A stretch of DNA of 64,000 nt, taken from Bacteroidota bacterium. Lineage in GTDB: Bacteria > Bacteroidota > Rhodothermia > Balneolales > Balneolaceae. Shown here piece after piece: positions 1 to 10,127 of the stretch. The notes beneath the pieces were generated by a model. That model was given only the letters and a program-made list of their open reading frames with translations. It did not search any database and was not told the DNA's origin. Where the stretch lies: the NCBI GenBank assembly GCA_027621355.1, contig JAQCBZ010000001.1, positions 53,155 through 117,154 on the forward strand. Direction: 5' to 3'. The first letter of the stretch is position 1, and every line of letters starts with the position of its first letter. Position numbers and translations under genes: made by a program.

Positions 1-48
1 TTTCCCCTTAGATTCACCGATTTCGGACAACCCTGATTCCTACTAGCT

Positions 49-1929
49 GTGCAAGATCCTATCTATGTACAAATCACAATGGCCCTCTTCCCGCTAACCA
101 CGGTGTTGTTGGTCTGGGCTATGATTCGACGAGCGCGCCTCTTTCTACATCGTGCACAACTTACGGGTTATAAACCCTCTGAATTTACCCAATGGGTTGT
201 CGGGCAATCCCTTCCAGCTTGGTTACCGTGGAAGTTTCCAGTCCTTTTGATCACGCTGGGTGCCCTCTCCTTTTGGGGTGTGGATTGGCTCTCAGAAACA
301 GCTCTAAGTGTAACGGCCTCAGGACTTGCGCTTCTGTGGACACTCACCCTTGGAGGTGGCCGTGAGGTCCCTATCAAGAAACCTTTGGTTTGGACCCCTA
401 GAGTCAAACGACTCTCGACGACCCTTTTTACAATTTCTTTGGCGGTACTTCTTGCAGGTGCGTTTGTGACTCTTTCTCCTTTGTTGTGGCAAACAGGTTG
501 GGGTTGGGTCACAGGAAGTGCCTTTAATGGTCTCGAAACATGGCTTTCAAACCCTATCCCTTGGTATATGTGGGTGCTAGTGGTCGATATGGCGCTTCCG
601 CTCTGGTTATTACTAGCCCTCTTTGTAAATCGACCCATTGAGCAATCTGTCCAGCGTGGTTACAAAAAAGCAGCCAAGAAGAAACTTGCAGATCACCCGG
701 GGCTCACCGTCGTTGCGATCACGGGAAGCTTTGGGAAAACAAGCACGAAGTATATGTTGGCCAAGCTTCTTGAACAACGATATTCTGTCTGTTTCACCCC
801 AGGGAGCTATAATACGCCCATGGGGTTGTGCAAAGTGATTAATCAAGATCTCCAATCGCACCATCAAGTCTTGCTACTCGAGATGGGCACCCGATATCCT
901 GGCGATATCGCTGAATTATGTGATTTGGCGCAACCCGATCTCTCCGTCATTACAGAGGTGGGTGCAGCTCACCTCGATACATTGGGGTCGTTGGATGGGG
1001 TTCAAGAAGAGAAAGGGACGCTTGCAAAACGGCTGAAGCCAGGTGGGGCCCTTGTTTTGAATCATATGAACCCTCGAGTCTCCGCCATGGCCACATGGGG
1101 GCCCTCCAACAAAACTGTCTGGATGGCAGGCTGGGTTGAGGAAAGTCCTGAGCAGGGTGATGGCGAGCACGGTAACGGCGGTCGCAATGGTGAGCAGGAT
1201 TCACAGGACATGCACGATGAAGTGTGGGCCGGTCAGAAAGGCGCCGATGGCATCAACCAAGTCACACACACCCATGTCCGAGCATCTAAACCGACGTTTA
1301 CCCCTGAAGGAAGCACCTTTGCCTTACATTTTACCCCTTCTCGCGAGTCCATCCATGAAACCTCATCTACTGAATCCTTGGAGACACAGTCCGCCGAAAT
1401 CTCGCTGCCCATTCTCGGCGAGCATGCCGTCTTGAACTTTACCCTAGCCGCATCCGCTGCTTTGCAACTCGGGCTTCGACTCGAAACCATCGCCTCTGCC
1501 GCCTCATCCATGCCGGAGGTTGAACACCGACTCCAACGACGCCCCATGGGGGATTATCTTGTACTTGACGATGCGTTTAATTCAAATCCCGTGGGTGCAA
1601 AACATGCTTTGGATGTGTTGGTCCGAATGGAGGGAAATCAAAAATGGATCCTTACCCCTGGTTTTGTTGAAATGGGCGTTGAACAAGAATCGCTACAACG
1701 TACCTTTGGTGAGCAATTAGGCCAAGCCTCGTTGGATGGATACCTGTTGATTGGCCCCAAGCAAACCTCTTCAATCCGAGAAGGAATCCTGGCAAGCAAT
1801 CCTTCGATGGAAAGCCGCATTCATACGTTTCGATCGACAGCAGAGGCTCAAGCGTGGCTTTCAGAGCACCAAAAACCTGGTGACATTATCCTTTATGAAA
1901 ACGATCTTCCAGACACCTACAATGAATGA
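49..1929 (+). CDS. Mur-ligase family protein (MurF-like) with N-terminal polytopic membrane domain
   Basis: 626-aa ORF. The first ~200 aa form about five hydrophobic helices. These are followed by the P-loop AITGSFGKTSTK, a Mur-ligase middle domain and a DDAFNSNP motif as in the MurF C-terminal domain. There is an acidic/Gly-rich insert, EESPEQGDGEHGNGGRNGEQDSQD. Confidence 0.75.
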   Translation: MQDPIYVQITMALFPLTTVLLVWAMIRRARLFLHRAQLTGYKPSEFTQWVVGQSLPAWLPWKFPVLLITLGALSFWGVDWLSETALSVTASGLALLWTLTLGGGREVPIKKPLVWTPRVKRLSTTLFTISLAVLLAGAFVTLSPLLWQTGWGWVTGSAFNGLETWLSNPIPWYMWVLVVDMALPLWLLLALFVNRPIEQSVQRGYKKAAKKKLADHPGLTVVAITGSFGKTSTKYMLAKLLEQRYSVCFTPGSYNTPMGLCKVINQDLQSHHQVLLLEMGTRYPGDIAELCDLAQPDLSVITEVGAAHLDTLGSLDGVQEEKGTLAKRLKPGGALVLNHMNPRVSAMATWGPSNKTVWMAGWVEESPEQGDGEHGNGGRNGEQDSQDMHDEVWAGQKGADGINQVTHTHVRASKPTFTPEGSTFALHFTPSRESIHETSSTESLETQSAEISLPILGEHAVLNFTLAASAALQLGLRLETIASAASSMPEVEHRLQRRPMGDYLVLDDAFNSNPVGAKHALDVLVRMEGNQKWILTPGFVEMGVEQESLQRTFGEQLGQASLDGYLLIGPKQTSSIREGILASNPSMESRIHTFRSTAEAQAWLSEHQKPGDIILYENDLPDTYNE

Positions 1930-3221
1930 AGCGCCTGAATAGGTTCTTGGTTCATGGCACGACGGCTGGGCAAAATCGTTGCAGCGACACAACATAGCGT
2001 CGTACCCAAAAGCACCGTCAACACGTCTCCCCATTGCAGCTGCACAGGATAGGCGTCTAACAAAAAATCGGTTGATAATCGAAGCAAGCCAAATTCGCCC
2101 TGCAGCCACACCAATCCCATTCCAAGGAGTGTTCCAAAGCCAGCGCCCACAATTCCGAGCCACACTCCATGAAGCCAGAATAATGAACGTAATTCTCGTT
2201 TTGAGAGTCCCATCGTGCGAAGAATGGCAATTTCTTTCCGTTTTTGAAGGACCATCATGGTGAGTGAGCCTACAATATTGAGCAACGCAACCAACACAAT
2301 CATAAAGAGAATCACGGTAGCTCCACGTTTTTCGAGCTGCATCACGTCGTAAAGTGATTTTTGCTGGTCATACCACGTTTGAAGTCTCCAGTGATCGGAT
2401 GGCCAGACCCCGGATGCATCCATTTGGCTCACAAAAACACCCGCGTCATTAAAATCTTGAAGACGTACGTCGAGCGAGGTACCCCCAACGGGCACCCGTA
2501 ATAGACGACGCGCGAGGCCCATGTCGAGTGTAGCCGTAGGTTCGCCCGTGATGGGGTGAGACGCGGTGAAGCCGCGGATGTTGGCAATGAGGGGCCGAGT
2601 AGGGCGGACGGATGTGAGGGCTTGTTGAAGGCGAGGGGCTGAAAGCAGGCCAATTGGATCGCCGATGGACCACCCTTGTTGATTTGCTTGGTTTAGCGAA
2701 ACCAGAACTCCCGGCCTCCCCTCTTTAACGGAAAGATCCGAGTCTCCATACAACACCCTCTCCGACAGCTCACGTGCTGTTGGTTTGTCATCTCCGCCTT
2801 CCTTAACGGCTTGTGCACTTTCTGATGATGTGCCTCCGTAAATCTGTGATTCAGCCATGACCGTGAGGAGCTTCGCCTCACCCCTAGAACCCTGTTGACC
2901 CATTAATACGGCTTTTCCTTCGACACGAACTACGATTTGCTCCACATTGGATTGTTGTTGAAGCCAGTCGATCTGCACCTCATCTGGTACCACATGCGGA
3001 GTGCCAACTGCCGTGATTCGTACATGAGGGTCTTCAGATAATAGCATCGACTGGACTTCTGCGTAAAACCCATTAAACACTGAAAGAATCGCTATCAGTA
3101 AGGATGTCCCCAGGGCAATGCCCAGAATCGAGAGAAACGATAGGGTAGATCGAACGTCGCGAGGCCAACGTACGGCAAAAAGCTTATAGGCAAGAAACCA
3201 TCTAGAGCGCACATTAATCAT
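1917..3221 (-). CDS. LolC/LolE-type (FtsX-like) ABC transporter permease
   Basis: 434-aa ORF with an N-terminal TM helix (SILGIALGTSLLIAILSVFNGF), a large extracytoplasmic insert and a C-terminal FtsX-type 3-TM domain (EIAILRTMGLSKRELRSLF). Confidence 0.8.
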   Translation of the reverse strand: MINVRSRWFLAYKLFAVRWPRDVRSTLSFLSILGIALGTSLLIAILSVFNGFYAEVQSMLLSEDPHVRITAVGTPHVVPDEVQIDWLQQQSNVEQIVVRVEGKAVLMGQQGSRGEAKLLTVMAESQIYGGTSSESAQAVKEGGDDKPTARELSERVLYGDSDLSVKEGRPGVLVSLNQANQQGWSIGDPIGLLSAPRLQQALTSVRPTRPLIANIRGFTASHPITGEPTATLDMGLARRLLRVPVGGTSLDVRLQDFNDAGVFVSQMDASGVWPSDHWRLQTWYDQQKSLYDVMQLEKRGATVILFMIVLVALLNIVGSLTMMVLQKRKEIAILRTMGLSKRELRSLFWLHGVWLGIVGAGFGTLLGMGLVWLQGEFGLLRLSTDFLLDAYPVQLQWGDVLTVLLGTTLCCVAATILPSRRAMNQEPIQALHSL

Positions 3222-3276
3222 GGTGAAAGCCTCGTAGGATTAAAAAATTCATACCTTTACTCTCGTATAAATATTT

Positions 3277-5544
3277 ATGAGCGTAGATCATCATGGCCAT
3301 AAATATTCATGGGATGCACCTTCGACGAGTAAGGCGATCATGAAATCTACTGAATTAAACATCGAGGAACTTGAGGCGATTTCCAACGGCTCTTTCTCAG
3401 ATCCATTTGGCCTGTTTGGCGTCCATTCAAGGCGGTCTGGAAAAGGCTATGTTGTGAGGACCTTTCAACCTCACGCCAGGACTGTGGTTGTGGTCCCGTC
3501 CCGTGGAAAGTCAGTAGAAGCAAAAAAAATTACCCCTGAAGGGCTGTTTGAAGCCAGCTTCCCCACGAGAAAACAGCAATTTGAGTACTCTCTCGATATC
3601 CTCTACGCAGGCAAAAAGAAGTCGGTCAATATAGAAGATCCCTACCGTTTTGGATCACTTATTGAAGATGTTGATATCCATTTGTGGGCGGAAGGAACCC
3701 ATACACAGGCATGGAATTTCATGGGAGCGCACCCAAAAACAGTCGGAGACACTGAGGGCACCCATTTTGTTGTCTGGGCGCCTAACGCGCATCGAGTGAG
3801 TGTGGTGGGTGACTTTAACCAATGGGATGGTCGTCGACATGGGATGCGCTGCCTCCATTCGATTGGGGTGTGGGAGATTTTTCTACCTGGCATTGCACCG
3901 GGTGAGTCGTACAAATATGAACTCCAGACAAGCCCTTTTGACGCCCCGTTTTTGAAAGCCGATCCTTATGCACAGTTTGCTGAGATTAGGCCTAATACCG
4001 CGTCAGTTGTATGGAACAGTGACTTTGCCTGGAGTGATCACGAGTGGCTGAAAGAACGCCGTCAGACCTCCCATCATGAAGCGCCAATCTCTATTTATGA
4101 ACTGCATGCTGGATCATGGCGGCGTGATCCTTCCAACCCAGAGCGGTTGATGAGCTATCAAGAGATTGCCGAGCACCTCATTCCTTACGTGAAGGACCTT
4201 GGCTTTACACACGTGGAGCTCATGCCACTCACAGAGTTTCCTTATGATCCTTCGTGGGGGTACCAAGTCACAGGGTTTTTTGCCCCAACCAGTCGATATG
4301 GATCTCCTGACGATTTAAAATATTTGGTCAATGAGTGTCACAACGAAGGCATTGGCGTGATTTTGGATTGGGTGCCTGCACATTTCACAAAGGACGACCA
4401 TGGCTTGCGTCGGTTTGATGGAACTGCACTCTACGAGCATGAAGACCCTCGGTTGGGAGAACACAAAGATTGGGGAACGGCGATCTTCAATTATGGTAGA
4501 GCAGAGGTGCTCAACTTTCTCCTTTCAAGTGCCAACTATTGGATTCAAGAGTTTCACATGGACGGATTGCGAGTGGATGCCGTCGCCTCGATGCTCTATC
4601 TCGATTATTCCCGAGAGAATGGGCAGTGGATTCCGAACAAACACGGGGGTCGAGAAAATTTGGAGGCCATTCACTTTCTTCAACGGTTTAATACGATACT
4701 CCACGAGCAAACTCCAGGCATTTGCACCTTCGCCGAAGAGTCAACGTCGTGGCAGGGTGTCACACGACCCGTCCATTATGGTGGATTGGGGTTCGATTTT
4801 AAATGGAATATGGGCTGGATGAATGACACACTCACCTATATGGAGCGAGATCCTGTTTACAGGAAGTTTCATCACCAAGATCTGACATTTTCGTTGATCT
4901 ATGCTTTTTCTGAGCAATTTGTGCTCCCGTTTTCCCATGATGAAGTGGTGCACGGCAAGGGATCATTGGCCTCGAAAATGCCGGGAGATGATTGGCAGCA
5001 GCTGGCCAATCTTCGCCTCCTGCTGGCCTATCAGTATGGGCACCCTGGCAAGAAACTCCTTTTTATGGGGCAAGAATTTGGTCAATGGGATGAATGGACC
5101 GAGGCTCATTCCCTGGATTGGCACCTTATGCAATGGGACCGTCATCAAGGAATCCAACGAATGGTCAAGGATTTGAATCACCTCCTGCAGGAAGAGCCTG
5201 CATTGCACAAAATGGATCACCATTGGGAGGGGTTTGAATGGATCGATTTCCAGGATCACGACCGAAGCCTATTATCCTTTTTGCGAAAGACTCACGATCC
5301 TAAAGACTCGCTACTTTGCGTGTGTAATTTTACCCCTTCCGTGGTGGAAAATTATACCCTTGGGGCCCCGAAGGAAGGACCTTATGAGGTGCTTTTTAAT
5401 AGCGATTCCACCTATTATGGCGGGTCCAATGTGGGTGGTACGGCTCCGCATGCCTCGCCCATGCCATGGCAAGGTCAGCCAACGAGCCTCTCGTTAACGT
5501 TGCCTCCATTGGCTATGATAATCTTAAAACCCTCCACCATCTAA
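3277..5544 (+). CDS. glgB: 1,4-alpha-glucan branching enzyme
   Basis: 755-aa ORF with GH13 branching-enzyme motifs (GVILDWVPAHF, HMDGLRVDAVASMLY, FAEESTSW, FSHDEVVHGK). The true start may be the internal Met at 3340 (MKSTELN). Confidence 0.95.
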   Translation: MSVDHHGHKYSWDAPSTSKAIMKSTELNIEELEAISNGSFSDPFGLFGVHSRRSGKGYVVRTFQPHARTVVVVPSRGKSVEAKKITPEGLFEASFPTRKQQFEYSLDILYAGKKKSVNIEDPYRFGSLIEDVDIHLWAEGTHTQAWNFMGAHPKTVGDTEGTHFVVWAPNAHRVSVVGDFNQWDGRRHGMRCLHSIGVWEIFLPGIAPGESYKYELQTSPFDAPFLKADPYAQFAEIRPNTASVVWNSDFAWSDHEWLKERRQTSHHEAPISIYELHAGSWRRDPSNPERLMSYQEIAEHLIPYVKDLGFTHVELMPLTEFPYDPSWGYQVTGFFAPTSRYGSPDDLKYLVNECHNEGIGVILDWVPAHFTKDDHGLRRFDGTALYEHEDPRLGEHKDWGTAIFNYGRAEVLNFLLSSANYWIQEFHMDGLRVDAVASMLYLDYSRENGQWIPNKHGGRENLEAIHFLQRFNTILHEQTPGICTFAEESTSWQGVTRPVHYGGLGFDFKWNMGWMNDTLTYMERDPVYRKFHHQDLTFSLIYAFSEQFVLPFSHDEVVHGKGSLASKMPGDDWQQLANLRLLLAYQYGHPGKKLLFMGQEFGQWDEWTEAHSLDWHLMQWDRHQGIQRMVKDLNHLLQEEPALHKMDHHWEGFEWIDFQDHDRSLLSFLRKTHDPKDSLLCVCNFTPSVVENYTLGAPKEGPYEVLFNSDSTYYGGSNVGGTAPHASPMPWQGQPTSLSLTLPPLAMIILKPSTI

Positions 5545-5557
5545 GGTAGCGCTCGCT

Positions 5558-7108
5558 ATGCGTTTTCCACGATCTTGCGGAATTCTTGTCCACCCCACAA
5601 GCTTTCCTTCACCTTTCGGAACAGGGGATTTTGGGCCTGGAGCAGACTCGTTTCTTGAACTACTGGAGCAGACGAATCAAAGTATTTGGCAGGTGTTGCC
5701 CTTGACCCCTATTGGATATGGTGACTCCCCATATGCTAGCTACTCAGCCTTTGCTGGAAACACCCTTCTCATTAGCCCAGAGCGTTTGATCGAACAAGGG
5801 TGGCTCACCCATGACGAGGTCTATGCTCACACTGTGGAAAGTCGTTGGAAGGCCGATTATGGGAGGAGTCGACAACTCCGTGAGCCCCTTTTTCGACTAG
5901 CATACAATCGATTCAAGGCTCAGAAAGGGGGGGTTAAGAAGGCTCACAAACGCCAAATGGACGCTTACACTCACGCCAATGAGCACTGGCTTCCAGAATA
6001 CGCGCTCTTTATCACCCTGGCCCAGGAGGCGAACTTTTCCCCATGGACAACCTGGGATGCTGGGCTTCGTAAACGGACGAAAACAGCCTTGGACAAGGCT
6101 AGAAGCCATTATGATGAGGAGATTGACTACCAGATGTGGCTACAATGGGTTTTTTCCACGCAATGGAGCGCACTCAAAAAACGGGCAAACGACAAGGGAA
6201 TACGAATTGTAGGTGATATTCCCATTTTTGTCGATCACAATAGCGCCGATGTGTGGGTGCATCGTAAGCAGTTTGCACTGGACAAGGATGGCCACCCAAC
6301 CCATGTGGCAGGAGTGCCGCCCGATTATTTTAGTGAAACAGGGCAGCGTTGGGGCAATCCCCATTATCGATGGGCAACGATGGCCAAGGATGGTTACTCA
6401 TGGTGGGTCCAACGGTTTGCACAAATGTTTCACCTCTTTGACGCAATTCGTGTCGACCATTTTCGAGGATTTGATGAGTATTGGGAGATCCCAGCCGATG
6501 AACCGACAGCCATCCACGGTCGATGGGTGAAGGGGCCCCGTCATGACTTGTTTGAAACCATTCGGGAAAAACTGGGCGATTTACCCATTATTGCGGAGGA
6601 TTTGGGACTCACGACGCCCACTGTGGAGCAGTTGCGGGACGATTTTGACTTTCCTGGGATGAAGATTCTCCAATTTGCATTTGATAGCGACGAATCCAAC
6701 AGCTTTTTGCCTCATAATTATCCCCAAAACTGCGTCGTATACACCGGAACGCACGATAATGACACCTCTGTTGGGTGGTATGACCAAGCCTCTGAGGAAG
6801 AACGACATCGGATGCGCGTCTACACGCGAAGCTCTGGGGATGATGTGGCGTGGGAGTTGATTCGATTGGCGATGTACTCTACGGCAGACCAAGCCATTAT
6901 TCCACTACAGGATTATTTAGCGCTACCAGGGGAGCATCGGATGAATTTTCCAGGCACGGTTGGCTCCAATTGGAAATGGCGCTACACACCCCAAATGTTG
7001 GATAATCTTGATCGAGATCGTATGAGAGAGCTGATTTCGTTGAGTTACCGTGGCCGAGACAAGGGGAATCCTGCGGTCTCCGCCTCAAACCCTTCTGCAG
7101 GTACGTAA
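5558..7108 (+). CDS. malQ: 4-alpha-glucanotransferase (amylomaltase, GH77)
   Basis: 516-aa ORF with GDSPYASYSAFAGN, GDIPIFV, VDHFRGF and IAEDLG motifs. Confidence 0.93.
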   Translation: MRFPRSCGILVHPTSFPSPFGTGDFGPGADSFLELLEQTNQSIWQVLPLTPIGYGDSPYASYSAFAGNTLLISPERLIEQGWLTHDEVYAHTVESRWKADYGRSRQLREPLFRLAYNRFKAQKGGVKKAHKRQMDAYTHANEHWLPEYALFITLAQEANFSPWTTWDAGLRKRTKTALDKARSHYDEEIDYQMWLQWVFSTQWSALKKRANDKGIRIVGDIPIFVDHNSADVWVHRKQFALDKDGHPTHVAGVPPDYFSETGQRWGNPHYRWATMAKDGYSWWVQRFAQMFHLFDAIRVDHFRGFDEYWEIPADEPTAIHGRWVKGPRHDLFETIREKLGDLPIIAEDLGLTTPTVEQLRDDFDFPGMKILQFAFDSDESNSFLPHNYPQNCVVYTGTHDNDTSVGWYDQASEEERHRMRVYTRSSGDDVAWELIRLAMYSTADQAIIPLQDYLALPGEHRMNFPGTVGSNWKWRYTPQMLDNLDRDRMRELISLSYRGRDKGNPAVSASNPSAGT

Positions 7109-7183
7109 ACCCAGAATTTGACAAGGTTTACAATCGTTGCTCAATTTTGTAACTTAATAGTTTACGCGGAATAGCCAAAAAAT

Positions 7184-7999
7184 TTGATTCCGATGCTCTC
7201 AAATCTACCGAATCGTGCTGAAAAGCCACGTAGCGCTGGCGTTACGATGGTGCTGGACAAAGGATACAGCGTTCGTCAAGCCGAAGATCTCTGCGAGGTT
7301 GCGGCTCCCTATACAGATGTTGTCAAGCTTGGGTGGGGTACAAGCCTCGTCACGCAAAATGTCGAAGAGAAAATCGCAGCCTACAGAAAGCATGACATTC
7401 CCGTGTACCTAGGAGGCACATTGTTTGAGGCGTATGTGTTGCGCAATCAGCTAGATGACTATGTTGACCTGCTAAAAACCCATAATATTTGCACCGTTGA
7501 GGTGTCTAATGGGACGATTTGGCTCTCGGATCAACGCAAATGTGACATTATCAAAGAACTCAGCCAAGAATTTGATGTCCTTTCGGAGATTGGATCCAAG
7601 AATCCCAACGACATTATTCCGCCATACAAGTGGGTAAGGATGATCAACCGAGAATTAGAAGCGGGTGCATCCAAGATTATTTGTGAAGCCAGAGAGAGTG
7701 GCACGGTGGGGGTTTTTAGACCCAACGGAGAAGTGAGGTCGGGGCTTATTGATGAAATCACAGACCAAATTCCACAGAAGTATTTGATTTTTGAAGCCCC
7801 TCAAAAGGAGCAGCAGGTCTGGTTTATCCGCAAATTTGGAAGCAACGTAAACCTTGGAAACATCGCACCTGCCGATGTAATCTCTGTGGAAACCCTCCGT
7901 TTAGGTCTTCGAAGTGATACCCTTTTTGACTTCTTTTATGTCGATAATGAACCCTTAATGAGTCGATCAAAGCCCGAAAAAAGCCATCGAAAAGCTTAA
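7184..7999 (+). CDS. phosphosulfolactate synthase (ComA) family protein
   Basis: 271-aa ORF. EKPRSAGVTMVLDKG and VVKLGWGTS resemble the (2R)-phospho-3-sulfolactate synthase family. The start is uncertain: TTG at 7184 or ATG at 7193. Confidence 0.7.
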   Translation: MIPMLSNLPNRAEKPRSAGVTMVLDKGYSVRQAEDLCEVAAPYTDVVKLGWGTSLVTQNVEEKIAAYRKHDIPVYLGGTLFEAYVLRNQLDDYVDLLKTHNICTVEVSNGTIWLSDQRKCDIIKELSQEFDVLSEIGSKNPNDIIPPYKWVRMINRELEAGASKIICEARESGTVGVFRPNGEVRSGLIDEITDQIPQKYLIFEAPQKEQQVWFIRKFGSNVNLGNIAPADVISVETLRLGLRSDTLFDFFYVDNEPLMSRSKPEKSHRKA

Positions 8000-8026
8000 G
8001 GGAACTACACTCCGAGCATTGACCCT

Positions 8027-8833
8027 ATGAATATTCTCTACGCTGCTGCTGAAATTGCCCCCTTTGCTCGCATGAGCAATACAGCTGATCTACTCCGATT
8101 TTTGCCGGCTTCTTTGCAGGATCGAGGCTTTCAGATTCGCATTACACTGCCGAAGTATGGGTCTATTGTGGACCGTCGAAATCGTCTGCATGAAGTTATT
8201 CGTCTAGCAGGGATTGAGGTAGAGCTCGCGGGGAAGAGCGAAAGCATGAAGATCAAGGTTGCGAGCATTCCCAATGCAAAGCTTCAGGTCTATTTTCTCG
8301 ATAATGACACCTATTTCAAGCGTAAGGCGCTCTTCAAAGACCCCAAAACAGATGCGTTTTATGACGATCATGACGAAAGGCTCTTGTTCTATAACAAAGG
8401 AATCATTGAAACCGTGATTCGTTGGGGTTGGAAACCAGACATTATCCATTGCCACGACTGGCCTGCTGGATTGGTGCCGTTGCTGGTACGCACCCTCTAC
8501 AAAGATCACCCCTTATTTAAGGACACCAAGATTGTCTACAACCTACACCACCCTGTGAACGAAGGGTTTCTTGAAGGGGCGAGCATCCTGGAGAAAGCGG
8601 GTCTTCCAGATGATGTGGATATCTCTTCGTATGTCGAGGATGGCAAGGTAGATGTATTGGCTGCAGGCCTTCGCCATAGCGATGTGGTGGTGACCGGGAA
8701 TGAGCTCAAAGATGAATTTGATCACTATTTTAAAACGTACAATCATACACCCGTGAAAATCCAAGGGTCTCCGGAGGATGTCAGTGCCTCCTTTTCAGAC
8801 TTCTACCGACAACTTAGACCTGATGTCGATTAA
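8027..8833 (+). CDS. short glycogen/starch-synthase-like protein (GT5 N-terminal domain only)
   Basis: 268-aa ORF. MNILYAAAEIAPFA...LPKYG...HCHDWPAGL resembles the GlgA N-terminal half. The C-terminal GT domain is absent, and the KxGGL motif position reads RMSNTADL. Confidence 0.7.
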   Translation: MNILYAAAEIAPFARMSNTADLLRFLPASLQDRGFQIRITLPKYGSIVDRRNRLHEVIRLAGIEVELAGKSESMKIKVASIPNAKLQVYFLDNDTYFKRKALFKDPKTDAFYDDHDERLLFYNKGIIETVIRWGWKPDIIHCHDWPAGLVPLLVRTLYKDHPLFKDTKIVYNLHHPVNEGFLEGASILEKAGLPDDVDISSYVEDGKVDVLAAGLRHSDVVVTGNELKDEFDHYFKTYNHTPVKIQGSPEDVSASFSDFYRQLRPDVD

Positions 8834-8851
8834 GGAGTTTTTCAACCGCCT

Positions 8852-10126
8852 ATGCAATCCAGCAGACCTAGCATCCGTTACTCTTTCATGATGCCATACA
8901 GAAACTTTCGTCCAAACGTATTTTTTAAAGGAATGAGCGTTGTTGCCCTTGCCCTTCTACTCTTTGCTGGGTGTGAGGAACCGGGTATAGTTGGAGGTGC
9001 CTTTATTGATGATGAGGGCAATCTTGTCACCAATGAATTTCCTGTCAAAGAGATGACACCTACATCGTCCGTGAGCTACTCTGGTCGGCTGGATGTTGTG
9101 CCGATGGGGCATTATTCTGATCCATTATTCGGGGAAATCACAAGCGTCGGATTAATACGGCCTGACTTGAACTCAATTGCGTTGAATCGAATCGATTCCA
9201 CTGAGCAGGTCGCTTTAAAATTAGTCTTTAACGGGACAGAATACGGTGATACTCTCTCAACAGCATTTTTTGACGTCTACGAAGTGGCTGAGCCTTGGCG
9301 AGGGAAACAACTTCGCTATGGTGACCAAATCAGCTACGATCTGACCAAAAAAATTGGTTCATTTGCCATTGCACAGGCAGATACCGCCGTCCTCCCCATG
9401 CCAGAAGATTGGATTTTCCGGTATAATGGGTTCATCTCTGACACAACGGGTGGAAGAGATTCGAGTTATGTCTTTGGTATGCCAGGCTTTGCCATTGTAC
9501 CAGACGTTGCTAGATCCCAAAAAATGGTGTTTTTAGACCTTGGAACCGATGCGTCTGGTGCTGTGGAGAGTGAAACAACACGACTTTACTCCGAAGACAC
9601 AACGGGAACCTTCCAGTATCAACGGATGGCTGATTGGGGGGCCGCTGTGCAGCGGGATCCGTCCGCTATCCAGCCCATCACGAGCTACAAGGCGATGAAT
9701 ACCTTTGAGGCCTTTCAGAAGATAGACTATGAGTTTACGCGTGAAAGCCTTGTTTCGCAGAATTTGGCTCGTGTAGAGATGATTTTCTATGAGGACACGC
9801 AGCTATTGGATGGGTCGTTGCCTGGCGGTCATGTTCGTCCTGCCGTCACTCGAGCCAATATTCATATCGTAGATGAGGGGGATGTGGGAGAAGAGGTGTT
9901 TGCCAGCTCACCTGTCTTTACCGCAGTCAAGGATACGTCTATTAACGGATTCCGATTTAACCTAACGAGCACTGCAAATTTGTTTCTGTTTGACACCCTT
10001 CAAACTCATAAATACTATCTGACGGTAGAGTCGAACAACGGATTGCTACAACAGACATTGCTACACGGGCCAGAGTCCCCAGACGAATCCAAGAGACCTC
10101 ACATCATTGTTACAGCGATTGAATAA
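8852..10126 (+). CDS. lipoprotein, probably DUF4270 family
   Basis: Signal peptide with lipobox LLFAGC. It sits directly after the short GlgA-like gene, as I recall for DUF4270 genes in Bacteroidota. The family call is from memory and was not searched. Confidence 0.5.
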   Translation: MQSSRPSIRYSFMMPYRNFRPNVFFKGMSVVALALLLFAGCEEPGIVGGAFIDDEGNLVTNEFPVKEMTPTSSVSYSGRLDVVPMGHYSDPLFGEITSVGLIRPDLNSIALNRIDSTEQVALKLVFNGTEYGDTLSTAFFDVYEVAEPWRGKQLRYGDQISYDLTKKIGSFAIAQADTAVLPMPEDWIFRYNGFISDTTGGRDSSYVFGMPGFAIVPDVARSQKMVFLDLGTDASGAVESETTRLYSEDTTGTFQYQRMADWGAAVQRDPSAIQPITSYKAMNTFEAFQKIDYEFTRESLVSQNLARVEMIFYEDTQLLDGSLPGGHVRPAVTRANIHIVDEGDVGEEVFASSPVFTAVKDTSINGFRFNLTSTANLFLFDTLQTHKYYLTVESNNGLLQQTLLHGPESPDESKRPHIIVTAIE

Positions 10127-10127
10127 G

